The notes under the pieces are model-generated. The model did no database searches and was not told where the DNA came from. It worked only from the letters and a program-made list of their open reading frames with translations. Below, piece by piece: positions 1-18,105 of a DNA stretch of 64,000 bases. The position numbers and the translations under genes are program-made. How positions within the stretch are numbered: position 1 is the stretch's first letter; each line of letters begins with the position of its first letter. Origin of the DNA: Lingula anatina (Eukaryota; Animalia; Brachiopoda); the NCBI GenBank assembly GCA_051362555.1, contig CM120643.1, positions 22,448,848 through 22,512,847 of the forward strand, given 5' to 3'.

Positions 1-4936
<4,936 letters not shown>

Positions 4937-6709
4937 ACATGGATGTTAGTTCTATTGTCCACTGTAAATTACTGGTCATAAAGCTTGTTGCTGACACCAT
5001 GACTGACCAGGAAGTTACTGTTCAGGCCAGTGAGGAATTCTAGACATGGATGTTAGTTCTATTGTCCACTGTAAATTACTGGTCATAAAGCTTGTTGCTG
5101 ACACCATGACTGACCAGGAAGTTACTGTTCAGGCCAGTGAGGAATTATAGACATGGATGTTAGTTCTATTGTCAACTGTAAATTACTGATCATAAAGCTT
5201 GTTGTTGACACCATGACTGACCAGGAAGTTACTGTTCAGGCCAGTGAGGAATTCTAGACATGGATGTTAGTTCTATTGTCCACTGTAAATTACTGGTCAT
5301 AAAGCTTGTTGTTGACACCATGACTGACCAGGAAGTTACTGTTTCGGCCAGTGAGGAATTCTAGACACGAATCTTATTTCTATTGTCCACTGTAAATTAC
5401 TGGTCATAAAGCTTGTTGCTGACACCATGACTGACAAGGAAGTTACTGCTTTGGCCAGTGAAGAATTCTAGACATGGATGTTAGTTCTATTGTCCAATGA
5501 AAATTACTGGTCATAAAGATTCTCTTTCCTGATCAACTAGGAAGTAAATGAACAGACTACAGTTCTGTTGATAGAATAATTTGTGATTGTAATTTAGTTG
5601 TAATGAACCTGTTATAAAAACAGTGATTGTCCTAGGAAAAAACAGTTTAAGCCAGTTAAGGAATGATGCCAGAATTCATGATGTTAGAGATCAGTTTGAA
5701 GTTATCATGCAAGCTAGTGGAATTCAAGGCAAAATGTCATGTTTGTTGTGCAAAACAACACTTCCAAAAAATGAGAAAACTTGTATCTATGCTATTAGTT
5801 ATTAAGGTTGCCATTTTTTTTTTTAAGACTTAGACCTTGTTTATTAATGATTTGTAATTGGAAAATTAACATTTCCTCATCATCTCAACTCACAGGTAAA
5901 AAAAAAATGACCAGTTTTACTGCTAAAATGTTTTTATATACCACAAAGACACATATGCTGTAAGCTGGGGAAGTGAAGTTTCCAGATAGAACTAAGACCA
6001 GACTTGATATAAAGAACCTGCTATAAAAACTAAAAGTTGGTAGAGAATCCAGGTAGGTCTGCTCATCAGCTCGGCTTTGTCACACAGAGAAATAGTTTTG
6101 GAGGGCGTATAGGGTCCATTGTCAATAATTGGAGGTAACAGCTTGAATATATCTATACTGAAGAAACGGCTGAGAATTCTAGGCAAAATGATGATTACTA
6201 GATATCTAGCCATGGTGGTGAAATAGGCAAATCAGAAAGCAGCTATTCTCTTTTGATGAGTTTAATAATGTATATATCACAACTATCATAGCTTTCAATT
6301 TTTTTTTTACTAACATTAGGAAGGAATGTTGAACATAGTATTGTAAACAAAAAGGGGAAGTTCTTTAGATTGGACAGGTCATTCAGAAATTAAGACAAAC
6401 TTCTATGCTGTTAATATGTGCAAAATAACTGTGATTATTGTGCACTTTATTTGCGATATAAAGTTTTAAAAATGAAGACGGAGAAGATATTTCTATGTTC
6501 TGAAAATTCCACACAGCGTGGTGTCCTGTCTTTACAGGATCTGGGCAGCATTATTCATTTAGTCTGCTGTAACTGTTCCTATTTCATAGGCTCTGTAAAT
6601 AAAAAATGGTCTGGGATGAACAGAGGACATTCTGATAAGGCTCATTCCAAAGCGTTTTTCCAGTATCACCTTTTTCAGTCTGTAAAACTTCTGGTCACTT
6701 GTAACTATG

Positions 6710-6747
<38 letters not shown>

Positions 6748-7974
6748 GTTGATATGTGCAGATGCTTGTGTTCTTTTTATTGGATACAAATATTACTCTT
6801 TTAAAAATCAACAGAAGGGAAAAGCAGATATTACAAAAGAAAAAATACTTTGGAATGGTCCATGTCTGATTGTATTTTACTAATATTTATATCTATGTTA
6901 TAGTTATTAGTGGTCAGGATATGCCGTTATTATATTGAATGGTATTTAGTATTTGTTTCATTACATTGTAATGGAACCGTCTAATTCTATCTTTGCACAA
7001 ATGAGAAGATAACTTAGTTTTGCTAAGATTAGAAATTGGGTAATAAATACAAATAAAGGGTACGTATGTCAGACTTGGAACTTTTTTTACTCGGATTTTC
7101 CTAGTTAGGGGACGGAAAAATGTAATGGATCTTTCCACAAAAATGACTGAGTCAAATTAATAACGTACATATTTTGTGTAATATTTGCATAAATGTTTTA
7201 TACCACTTTTTTATTTCCGTTGATTTATTTTCACATTGAAGGATTCCATAGAATAAAACGGCAAGTCGTGCATCGGACAACTCGATAGCATCGGGGTATA
7301 AGTGCGCTCAGCACCTATAAGCCGTAATTCTACGAGCAAGACGGCAAATAGATGAAGTCATGCCCCGTGCAAATACTATCTTCAGTGTACTGTGTTTATA
7401 AAGGCAATTCTTCAGTGTACCGTGTTTATAAAGGCAATTCTTCAGTGTACTTGTTTAAAAGAGACAAATTGACAGAATTATCTATCTTATCGACTTTATT
7501 TTGGTTTGGGACGTTTACCCTCTTGGACATAAGATCACGTTTTCATATCTGGAGAGGCCAAAGAAATAGATGCAGTGATCACAATTGCTATAGAGGCGTA
7601 TTATTGTGCTTACCACTGACACTGGCATTGTAGGTTTTATAGGGATACACGCCTTCAATATGAGAATATCCAGCTTGTCTAAGTTTAAACATACTTCTGG
7701 TAATTCTAATTGGTAAAAAACAACATAAATTGATATTTCACTATCTTATATTTATATCATCCATCATGATTACATGAACCTTTGCTTCAACTAATTCATG
7801 GCATTTACAAGAATAACATAGTAGGATTTGTAGGGATGTAGGCTATCAATATAATACATTTAGTCTTGTTTGGAAGCCTTTGCAAGGGAAACGCAACGTC
7901 GTCAACTGGACTAAACTGCAAGTCCAGTAATAGGTTTAAAACATCTGAGAAATCAAAATGTAACACTTAAATTT

Positions 7975-8110
7975 TATGTGTGTGTGAGAGGGAGAGAGAG
8001 GGGAGAGGGAGCCAAAGAAAGAGAGAGGAGCCAGGGAGAGGGAGCCAAAGAGAGAGAGGTCGGGAGCCGAAGAGAGAGAGAGAGATGGGGGAGCCAAAGA
8101 GAGAGAGAGA

Positions 8111-8149
<39 letters not shown>

Positions 8150-8150
8150 G
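7975..8150. repeat. Compound (GA)n/(GT)n low-complexity tract
   Basis: Directly visible. Confidence 0.85.
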
Positions 8151-8202
8151 GGGAAAATTATCGGAACTCATCACATACAGTATAAGCAATATAGAGAACG
8201 TT

Positions 8203-8412
8203 CCCTTGCGAAAATTTCCTATGGGACGTCCTATAGGACTGTGGGACTCTAAAGGAATCTTACAAGACTATAGAAAACCTTCAGTGCTCCAAGAGACTCT
8301 ATAAGAATTCATGTTGCTTTTAAAATACAGGGTTTCAGGGCAAATTTACTATTGGATCTTATAGGATTTTCGACCAATTTCCTAAAGGACGCCATAGGAA
8401 ATTTTCGTATTG
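8203..8412. mobile_element. About 210-bp MITE-like element with terminal inverted repeats
   Basis: CGAAAATTTCCTATGGGACGTCCTATAGGA versus TCCTAAAGGACGCCATAGGAAATTTTCG are near reverse complements. Confidence 0.6.
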
Positions 8413-9610
8413 GAAAATTGGTATCACGAGCTACCTGTAAATAGCATACTGAAATAAATACCTATTTTAATTTTTAATTCAAATATTCATTAACGTGACA
8501 GTGGTGATTCCTGGGACCAGACAAAGAACACTGAATACTGCCCCCCACCCCCATCCTTAGTTTCCAGACTCCCCAAAATGACAACAACTAGACGCCAGAG
8601 GAATCGCTGTTGGAGTCGTTTTTAAAAGATGAATAGAAATCAGTATGGATGTCGGCCACACACAGCTTTTATGATACGAACACAAAAACTCGCAAAATAT
8701 AGATAAACCTTTTCTCGCTATTGTATTCATATTTTATTGCTTCGATCATAAAATCATATGCACGCTAGCCCATAAAACACTATGAACAACTGTAATGCCT
8801 AAAGGTATAACTCTTAGCTCGAAGGCACATTTCTCAGACGAACAAATCCACGTTTTTGTGGAGTGTGCTGAACATAGAGAGAATTATAATAGTGGAAATA
8901 CGTACCAACGTTGTCTAGACTTTTGATTAATAACTGCGGCAATCAAAGCAACATGTTTTCATAGAATCCTGTACCTACAAACGAATTTAGGAAACTTTCC
9001 GCCTTACCTTTAGATACAACCACACTATAAAATAAAAAATATCAGGGAAGTGAGGGCCTTTATGTATCCTACCCCAAAAGTTGCATCCTAAAGTTTATTT
9101 CGATAGAATCCTATACCGACATATTTCACCATCGGTCCCCACCCCGATTCCCGATGATTTAACCATTATTTATACGACAGTATCGTATAGCTACACAAGA
9201 ACTTTGCACCATTTGGTTAAGAATACAGCGGTGTGGGTAATATATAGGTTCGAGATTCTGTTGGCATGGTTACTTCAAAGAAAACAACAACAACAGCAAC
9301 AGCAACAACATACATGTACATAATAACGCCGAGTCAGATAACTGGAAAAGAGAAGAGAGAAGATGATAGAGTTCCGTGTGTTTTAACATGCGCACGTTAT
9401 AAAGGACTAAGTGCCACAAAAGTCGGTTAAAAACGTTTTCGATTTGGTTGAACATTTGGGCTCATATTCACAATGAATGTCTGAAGCTTTCTGCCAGTTT
9501 CGATTGTGAACAAAGGCAAACGCCAGCATCCCACTGGTTGACTTTTGCCGTGAGATATATTCATATATAAATCGCGTATAGCCAAACTCTGATCGTCTGC
9601 AAACGCCCGA

Positions 9611-9822
9611 GGGCGGCCGGAAGTGTGCAATGGAATAGCGCCTTTTCCGATTGGGCTAGACAACGTGTTGTCTGCGCTTAGGGGCTGCTTTCAAATCCTC
9701 ACAGTTTGACGCGGTTAGGGGAGCAAACAAATGAGAGAAAGAGCTGTTTTAGGGTTTACAGTGTGAAGGACTGCGACGGACTCTTTCTGGCATTTTCTTA
9801 TTAAGGAGACATCCTTGTTCAG
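9611..9822 (+). promoter_or_regulatory. Candidate promoter and non-coding first exon of collagen-like gene 1
   Basis: GGGCGG (9611), CCGGAAGT ETS-type motif (9617), reverse CCAAT (9650), strong donor AG|GTAAGT after 9822, acceptor at 10274 just before the ATG. Confidence 0.45.
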
Positions 9823-10288
9823 GTAAGTAGGCCTTTTGTGACCTTAGGAACTTAAAATATTTTTCTGTCAACAGCGAAAAGTAACAAACCAAGCCATATC
9901 GACTTAATTGCTTAACGTTTTAAGGTAGATTTTTGTTACGTGAATCCTTAGATCAGGAGTTTCGATGTTTCTCTTGCGCTATATTGGGCTTACCTTGTAC
10001 ATGCATATATGTTTCAAAGTACAAATATTAGATCATAACACTTTGTACATGTACAATTGTTCTGGTACCGCATAATGCACGTAGTTTGGCATATTAAAGC
10101 TGTCCCTATAATCCATAAAACAATTGGGGAAACTATCTTTTCGGTGACTTGATGTCCACTTTAGGACGTGAATATATCACTTTGTCGAAAAGAAAAATAA
10201 GTGTTCTAAAAAACACAAATTTCATTTTTTTCACAAATTTTCACTTCAGAAAAACTGACATGGTTTTCTTCTAGGTGTCCAACGCTTC

Positions 10289-11852
10289 ATGATGGATCAA
10301 CATTATCTTATGAGGTTCATCACGTTCCTTGTGTTGTTTGGTAAGTTAAAATGTCTAGCGATTACTGTAAGAAAGTTCTCTTATTCCATCGAGTGCCAGT
10401 AGAAAGGATTGGGAATAAAAGGCAACTTGAATTGTTATGCTGTAGAAATATCAGTCTGTGATGCAATATACGTTCACTTTGTCAGACTACTAAACCTAGG
10501 CCCTGGGGTTTACAGGCCTCTGTTTCACAAAAAAAAAATAATAATAATAAATAACGTCAGTTCCCTGGCTTAGTTGAATGGGATTTCCATGAGAATTCTT
10601 TAACAGTGTTCCTGATAAGGTAAGGCGTGTGAATGTGACCATGTAACGTTCGTTATTAAGTTCTTAGCCAGAGAACCTAACTAAAGCTTTTTTGTTTTTG
10701 TCATGGTATTTCGCATGCGCAATACTTCTGAGCGGTATCAGGACAATTCCCCCCCCCCCCGGACAATTCCCCCCCAGGACAATTCCCCCCCGGACGATTC
10801 CCCCCCCCCCCCGAAGAATACATATATTTATATACAAATATAAAGTAAAGAGTACAAAGTTCAAACCTTTTCATCCATTTTCTGAATATTTCTTAGTGTG
10901 ATGATGCAAATCAAGGATAGATAATATTAATTTTATTAAACAATTTATTTTCATGGAGTACAAGTACATGAAATTTTCGAGATAGAAGTACAGAACATTT
11001 TATTAAAAATCTGATCAAAGAATATATATCTCCAGGTAAAGGAGGGGTAAACAGATTATCTCACTCATCCAGGTAGCACTTTGATGAATTAACTGTTACT
11101 TTTAATTGCTTTATTTCTCCCCCCCCCCCCCTTGATTCAGTAAGTCTTGAATCAAAGTGCATCTCTAGGGAGAGGTGGGGTAAACAGATTTTCTCGCTTA
11201 TCCAGGTATCCCTGTGACTATTTGTCACTCTTAACTGCTTGACCACCACCCACCACACTAAAATATTTATAAAATATCTGTTTACCTGTTCATCTGTTTA
11301 CCCCACTTTTACCTGAAGGATAGGTGGTTATACTTCGATTAGATACTTATCTATATATCTATAGATAAGATACTTAATAAATCTTCCTGTACTTGTACTC
11401 AATGAAAAGGGAATTTGTTATAAAATAATTTGTTTCATGATGAAGTTATATTATCACACTAAAAATATTAATAAGATGGATGAAATGTTTTAAACTTTAC
11501 ACTTTCTACTTTATATTTGTATATAAATATATATTTCTTGGGGGGGAATCGTCTGGGGGGGGAATTGTCCTGGGGGGGAATTGTCCGGGGGGGCGGGGGG
11601 AATTGTCTGGGGGGAATAGTCCGGGGGGAATTGTCCGGGGGGGGGGATTGTCCTTCTGAGCAGGGTTTGCCATCAAAATTAAGTGACTAGTTGTAAGAAA
11701 ATGAAACGAATTTAAGTAAAACTTGCTAATGATAAATGCTATATGATGTTAATATTTCAGGTAACTACTGAGGTATTGGTTTTAATCTTTCTTAACTGAG
11801 ATAACTATTTCTTTATTTACCTATCCATTCCTCTTTTATTATTATTATTATT

Positions 11853-11896
<44 letters not shown>

Positions 11897-14800
11897 AAGT
11901 AGATGTACGGACGTATGATCTATTAAACATTCACAAATGACAAAAACTGAAAAATATGCGTTTTGGAACTCTTTTTTTTTTCAGTTTTTTTATACTAAGC
12001 ATATATACATCAACATAATAAATGTAGGACTATTTGTCTTTAACCCTTTTTTCATCATGATTCGTAATTTATTCCAATTTTGTTGTATTCAAAACGAATG
12101 TACTTTTAATGCAGCAGGTGTAGGTGAAAAATAATATAACCCAAATAGTAAAATACATATTATGTATAAATAAGCAATATGTTTGTTTTCTAGACGCAAT
12201 TGTTGCTCAGCCTGGCCCACCGGGAACAGGAGGCCCGCCAGGCACGGGAGGACCTCCAGGAACAGGTGGCCCACCCGGAACGGGAGGTCCGCCAGGCACG
12301 GGAGGACCTCCAGGAACTGGTGGACCCCCAGGAACGGGTGGCCCCCCAGGAACAGGAGGCCCACCAGGAACAGGAGGCCCCCCAGGAACAGGAGGCCCGC
12401 CAGGAACGGGAGGGCCACCAGGAACAGGAGGCCCACCAGGAACGGGAGGACCCCCAGGCACAGGGGGTCCGCCAGGGACTGGGGGCCCACCAGGAACAGG
12501 AGGACCCCCAGGGACAGGAGGCCCACCAGGAACAGGAGGCCCACCGGGAACGGGCGGTCCACCAGGCACAGGAGGGCCACCAGGAACAGGAGGGCCACCA
12601 GGCACAGGAGGTCCACCAGGCACAGGAGGTCCACCAGGAACAGGTGGTCCTCCAGGGACAGGTGGTCCTCCGGGTACAGGTGGACCTCCTGGGACCGGTG
12701 GCCCACCAGGAACTGGCGGGCCTCCTGGAACAGGCGGGCCTCCAGGGACAGGTGGTCCACCAGGAACCGGGGGTCCACCTGGGACGGGCGGTCCTCCTGC
12801 CACAGGTGGCCCACCAGGCACAGGAGGTCCACCGGGGACCGGTGGTCCACCAGGTACTGGAGGCCCACCTGGAACAGGAGGACCACCTGGAACAGGAGGA
12901 CCACCAGGGACAGGGGGTCCACCGGGAACTGGCGGGCCACCAGGAACAGGTGGTCCACCAGCAACAGGTGGCCCACCAGGCACAGGGGGTCCACCGGGAA
13001 CTGGAGGGCCACCGGGAACAGGAGGGCCGCGGGGAACAGGAGGGCCACCAGGAACAGGTGGTCCACCAGGAACTGTCGGTATCCCTGGTCCCCCGGGAAC
13101 GGGAGGTCCACCTGGAACAGTTGGTATGCAAGGTAGGGGACTTCAGCTTTTATAAGACTATCAGTATTCACATATTATTTTTCATGCCACTCGAGGATTT
13201 CGAATATGAATGAAATATTGAATTTCTCGATGAACAGTTCATATGATTCGTTTGACATTCTCTTTAGTAAAAGAAAGTACAGCCACCACTGGCTGTATGA
13301 TTGATGCATCCAAGAAAGCAAACTTATCAAAAAAAATTCACATTGACACCCATTATATTTTGTACCACGCGTGTATGTGCCTGTTTATTCAGCGCGGCAT
13401 TACTCAGAATGCGTTCAACCAAATCCAATCGGCTAGCCTTCTTTTAAGAAGTGTCCCACTTCAAAATATAAAAAATGATTATTTGCAGTAAATGATTCTA
13501 AAATGTACATGTAAGATAACTGAGCAACACGGTGTATTTCATGGCTCTACTGCCTGCGGACACTAGGTAAAACGATCGGAAGTCAGAAAGATGCTAGTAT
13601 TTATAATTCAGTTCTTTATTGCAGGTGATACAGGAGATAAAGGTGCTCGAGGAGGGGCGAAAGGACAAAAAGGGATGAAGGGTTTCCCTGGTTTACCCGG
13701 ACAGCAGGGAAATAAAGGAAGCAATGGAATGAAAGGTCAAAAGGGGATGATGGGTATGGCTGCTACCTCAGCCGAGAAGGGCCAAAAAGGCATGAAAGGA
13801 ACAGTTATCATTTTTATCGATGCGCCGACAGCCACGCCTATTGTGACTGGGGCCCCTACCGCGACGATGCAAACTGGTGGTATGCCTGCAATAACTGGTG
13901 CTCCCACTGCAGGCCCTGGCGTAGGTCCAGTTTTCCCACCAGGGTTTCCAGGTGTTGGAACAGGAAATGTTATCGTGGTGCCCGGAATTGGAGTGGTCAA
14001 CGTTGGGTCTGTGGCTGCAGTAGTTTTAGGCACCGTGCAAACCTTGCAATCGTTAGTGACTACAAATCTGGCACAACTTGCATCTCTGTTAGTTGGTTAT
14101 TCTCTTGGGCAACTTACGCCGCTACAGGCAGCACAGTTAGTTCAGCAAGCTCAGTTGTTATCCAGCGGTCAAATTCCTGTTCTTCCACCAGGAATTCCAC
14201 AGCAGGCGGTGCAAAATGCTCTTGCATCCTTGACCGTAGCTTCTGTGTCTTTGGCCTTCCAGAGATTCCTTGCTTTGCCGGGCAATGCTTTATCAGATAG
14301 GATACTTATTCAACAACTTGTTGGAAATGGTGTAAACCCAAACGTTGCCCTTGAGATTGTCACTGTGTCGAGACGACAGTTTGAACAACAGCGGAGACAA
14401 CAGCTGATACAGCTGCTGGCACAGCAGCAAGGGTTGGGACAGGCGTCTTTGTTGGGGGTAGCCACTCGCCGTATTGCCGCTGCTCAGCTTGGTAGTCAAC
14501 TGCTTAACCTGCAATTCTTGCCTGGTTTGAACAACCCTACAGTTGCAAACCTGTTTATTCAGCGTGGCTTTACTCAGAATGCGTTCAACCAAATTCAATC
14601 GGCTAGCCTTCTTTTAAGAAATGTCCCAGTTCGGCCACCAACCTTAAGTCCATTCCAGATATTTCTGGCTAACCAGGCTATTGAAAGAATAGTTCCTCGA
14701 ACCTCGCCCTTTACCCTTGCCGTGAGACAGACTGTTCCTCAACTACAGGTCGCTCTGCGTTTGCTCCAACCCAACTTAGTACTGTCAGGCTACGAACTTG

Positions 14801-15920
14801 TTCTGCAAACAGCCATACCAGCTCTGGATGTCCTTAGTCTTTTCGCCAGTGCGAATATACCTTCCGTTACCTCCGCGAACCTGCTGTCTTCTTTTCTTCT
14901 GTCCGTTGCCCCTCCATCAGTTCCACTAAGTAGCATCATAGACCTGACTAGAGATGTTGGATTGGTTGTCAACAATGCTCCATCATTTGGAATCCAGCCA
15001 GGGTTTGGACAACCAGGCCGGGTGCCCAACACTCCTGCATTCTCATTTTTAAAGCAATTGGAAACAGGTACGTAAACCGAAATCAAACGGTGGTATAATG
15101 AAGGTATTTATCTAGCAAGCTTGACTGAAATCCAGTGACACACGGGTGAATTTTTATTCGAAATAAAACGAGTTTGACTCGCCTCTGCCTTGTTCCAAAT
15201 GTTTACACTTCCTTATTTGTTCAGTCAAGTGTAGTTTGAGATCTCTCTAGGTAGATTTTGATTATAGCGATGGGCTGTAAGGATCCAAAGGCTTTGGGAA
15301 GCGATTTGAATAGTGGTTTGAATATCTGATGTGATAATGTCATAGGCAATAGACATTAAAGAACAGTTTAACAAGAGAGATCAAAGTCTGTTTTAAAAGG
15401 TATTAAAATAATTCATTAACCTTGTTTATTTCGATTAATGTATTTATCAATTCAAATCAGATATCATCAATCTTGGTTACAAAGGTTCTCATTATAAGTG
15501 CCCTTTAGCTCAGTTGGACGGTTTTTGTGAAAAGAAATACAATAACGGTTTTCATTGACCTGTTATGAAAATTTTTGCTTTAGAAAATATATTGTTTTGT
15601 TGCAATTAACTCACTTTGCAAATGTCACTACAGCAAAGGGTCCCAAAGCCAATAAATCCAAATGAATGACCGTTGTATTTTTTTACTTTACAGACATACT
15701 AGAGCTGACCAAACGCGAGAGTCCATATAAAGCAACGGTCAAGGCAATGATTGGTGGCTTGATAAGCATGTCAACCGTTACTGTCCTCCTCGTCATCGGT
15801 CTGACGGCCATTGGGGTCTTGATCTGGCGTAACAAATCGCGAAAAGAACTGGACGCAATTGCAGATACAAAGCCGCTGGTGGACTGTGACGCCACTTCGA
15901 GAGTAACGTCATTGATATAG
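10289..15920 (+). CDS. Type-I membrane collagen-like protein 1: signal peptide, (GPPGTG)n, K/M-rich Gly-X-Y segment, Thr/Pro stalk, about 400-aa Gln/Leu/Ala-rich domain, TM helix, short tail. Exons 10289-10340, 12194-13132, 13625-15067, 15694-15920
   Basis: All introns are phase 1 GT-AG. N-terminus [25 protein letters not shown] segment [17 protein letters not shown] followed by RNKSRK. Codon third positions in the repeat vary synonymously. A possible 9-nt microexon at 12115-12123 is uncertain. Confidence 0.8.
10734..11653. mobile_element. 920-bp foldback (long-TIR) non-autonomous DNA element in an intron of collagen-like gene 1
   Basis: GGACAATTCCCCCC arrays on the left mirror GGGGGGAATTGTCC arrays on the right; inverted similarity extends about 300 bp; flanked by direct repeat TTCTGAGC (10726-10733, 11654-11661). 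Confidence 0.8.
12211..13075 (+). repeat. 18-bp coding repeat encoding (GPPGTG), about 48 copies
   Basis: Translated in ORF 12124..13155; variation is mostly at third codon positions. Confidence 0.95.
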
Positions 15921-16876
15921 AATTATCAACTTTTCGATGGAAATTCCGCTGCTTGAATATGAGTTTTGATTATTCGGTTCTTATGTTTTCCGTCAAATGG
16001 GTGAAATGTGGGTCAAACTAGCCCAAAATATGAAAATGAAACTGAGAGAAGAGAGGAAAGCCAAAGCAGAACATGAAGGCCAAGAACATATGCCGTACTT
16101 TTAAAAACTCATTCGGAAAAGACAGAACAATCATGCCATTCATTCTTAGCATCCATAACCGTATTCGTAGAGATAAATAAAGTAAATGAAATATTAACTG
16201 TACAATTCTTACATATACGAGAAAAGTGCTATTTTGTCATGATGACAGAACATGGGAAATATGTCAATAAATGTAAGGTGAAGTTTCACTTGGAGTTGCT
16301 TTTATGAATTTATTTTCCGTGATAGAATTTATTTTCCTTTATTATGGAAGCATCAAATTCAACACAAAACGAGGGCAGATCCAGTGCTTTATTCTGACAG
16401 GTTTCTAAATGGTCTCAAATGGTTTTGAAAAACAGCTCGGCGTGGGCCATCATAGAAGTTATTCGTATATCAAGTCCACAAACCGAACACATCCCAGTCT
16501 TCTTTGCCCCGTGTGTAATTTCAATCCTGATTTCTGCTTGAAAACCTGAATCAGAAGTGTCAAGTGGCAATCTCAAAAGTACGAACTACAATCTTTCTTT
16601 TGTGCATTTGTGGTCCAACTGTGGTGCAGCTTGTAGCAATAAAAATGATTTCTAAGTCATTTCCATCTTTGCTGTTGGGACATTGATCAGAAACATGCAT
16701 TTTGTCATTTGGCATTATTTTTACCAAAAAAATTATTTAACATTTTAAAACTCCATTTGATACAGTAGACTCGTAATATTGAGTGGGCGTTAAGATATTC
16801 TTGAAAAATTCTGACCCATTTCCAGAAACGAGAAAACCACCTTGGATTATCCCTGACAACAAAATATATGTTCGTT

Positions 16877-16909
<33 letters not shown>

Positions 16910-17630
16910 TAAAATTGCAGACCATTTCCAAAAAAAAAAAAAAAAAAAAAAAACAATTGAAAAGCCTTTCATCACATTTTGACAATAATCACACGAATTG
17001 CATACAAAGTTTTTGTATCAGAAATACAAAACGTAGACCTAAACATAAAGACGAAAGTTCAGCATAAGTTTGAACATATTTTGATATTTTTAATTAAATT
17101 TGAATATATTTGCATTATGAAAAAAGGAACAACCTGAGTTTCAATATTTGGTACATGAATGCTAAACTGACAATACTACAGTCATACATATACAGGTACA
17201 GTGTAAATCACGGATTTACATTGGTTTAATAGTTCTGTCGACTTACGTAAAAATCATAGAAGTAGAGAAACCCAGGCGGAAATATCCCTTATTAACATAA
17301 ATAAACAGAAATTATTCATTCCAATTAAAAGTTTTTAAAAACAACTTCAGTTTTATTATTTTCGCGATGACTTTAAGAGAAAATGGGGTCCTTAGCAATT
17401 ATACTGATTTTCTAATATATTTTACAAATGTGGCACCATCTTATTTTAAGTTGAAAATCGTTTATAGCAGTTAAGTTATCAAAAATGAGTTTAAATCTGG
17501 CAATTTCGAAATATTTAAACCCAAATGAGCAGAACAATGTTGCTATGCTGAATTTTCTTCACTATGCTTTTTATCATAAAAATGCCTTATTTAGCCCAGT
17601 ATTTATACAATAACATCTGTGTAAATGTCA

Positions 17631-17664
<34 letters not shown>

Positions 17665-18018
17665 ATAAATTCAATTTACTTCTTCAAAAATATTATAAAA
17701 ATTAATTTGAAAATAGCTTAACGTGAGCAGTTATGTAAAGATCAACTTTCTTTCCTACGAGATTTTTTTAAAACTTAAAAGTTTTACGCATGGCAGGGTT
17801 TTGAGAAACCGGTAAACAGAAATCCTCATGCATTTACACTACCGCAATTATTCGAATCGTGACCCAATTTGCTTCTTATCTGGAAAAATGGCCGTCGCTG
17901 GAATGAGGTATAAATATTACAGAAAACACGTTGTTTGCGCCTTACTGTAAAGCCCGAAATCTCAAAATCACGATAAAACGTTCAAAGACATCCAAAGAAC
18001 AAATGTATGACCGAACAT

Positions 18019-18105
18019 CACCCTGAGCTTAAGAGATAACTTGACACCTACCTCTTCACTATAGCCTATTTTCATCGTGTCAAGTTAACTCTGAAGCTCA
18101 GGGTG
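18019..18105. mobile_element. 87-bp MITE with 29-bp TIRs and 8-bp target-site duplication
   Basis: CACCCTGAGCTTAAGAGATAACTTGACAC ... GTGTCAAGTTAACTCTGAAGCTCAGGGTG; CCGAACAT on both sides (18011-18018, 18106-18113). Confidence 0.85.

Noticed and set aside
7228-7666. Possible TIR element (TCACATTGAAGG ... CCTTCAATATGA) containing a 30-bp tandem repeat
   Set aside because: The inverted match is short and imperfect and I found no TSD, so support is insufficient.
11761-11772. 12-nt microexon candidate (AG|GTAACTACTGAG|GT) in collagen gene 1
   Set aside because: In the required phase it reads GGT AAC TAC TGA, an in-frame stop.
12089-13213. Five additional long ORFs over the GPPGTG repeat (and the similar set at 31520-32551)
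   Set aside because: They are shadow frames of a stop-poor 18-bp coding repeat. Synonymous third-position variation and splice phase support only the GPPGTG frame.
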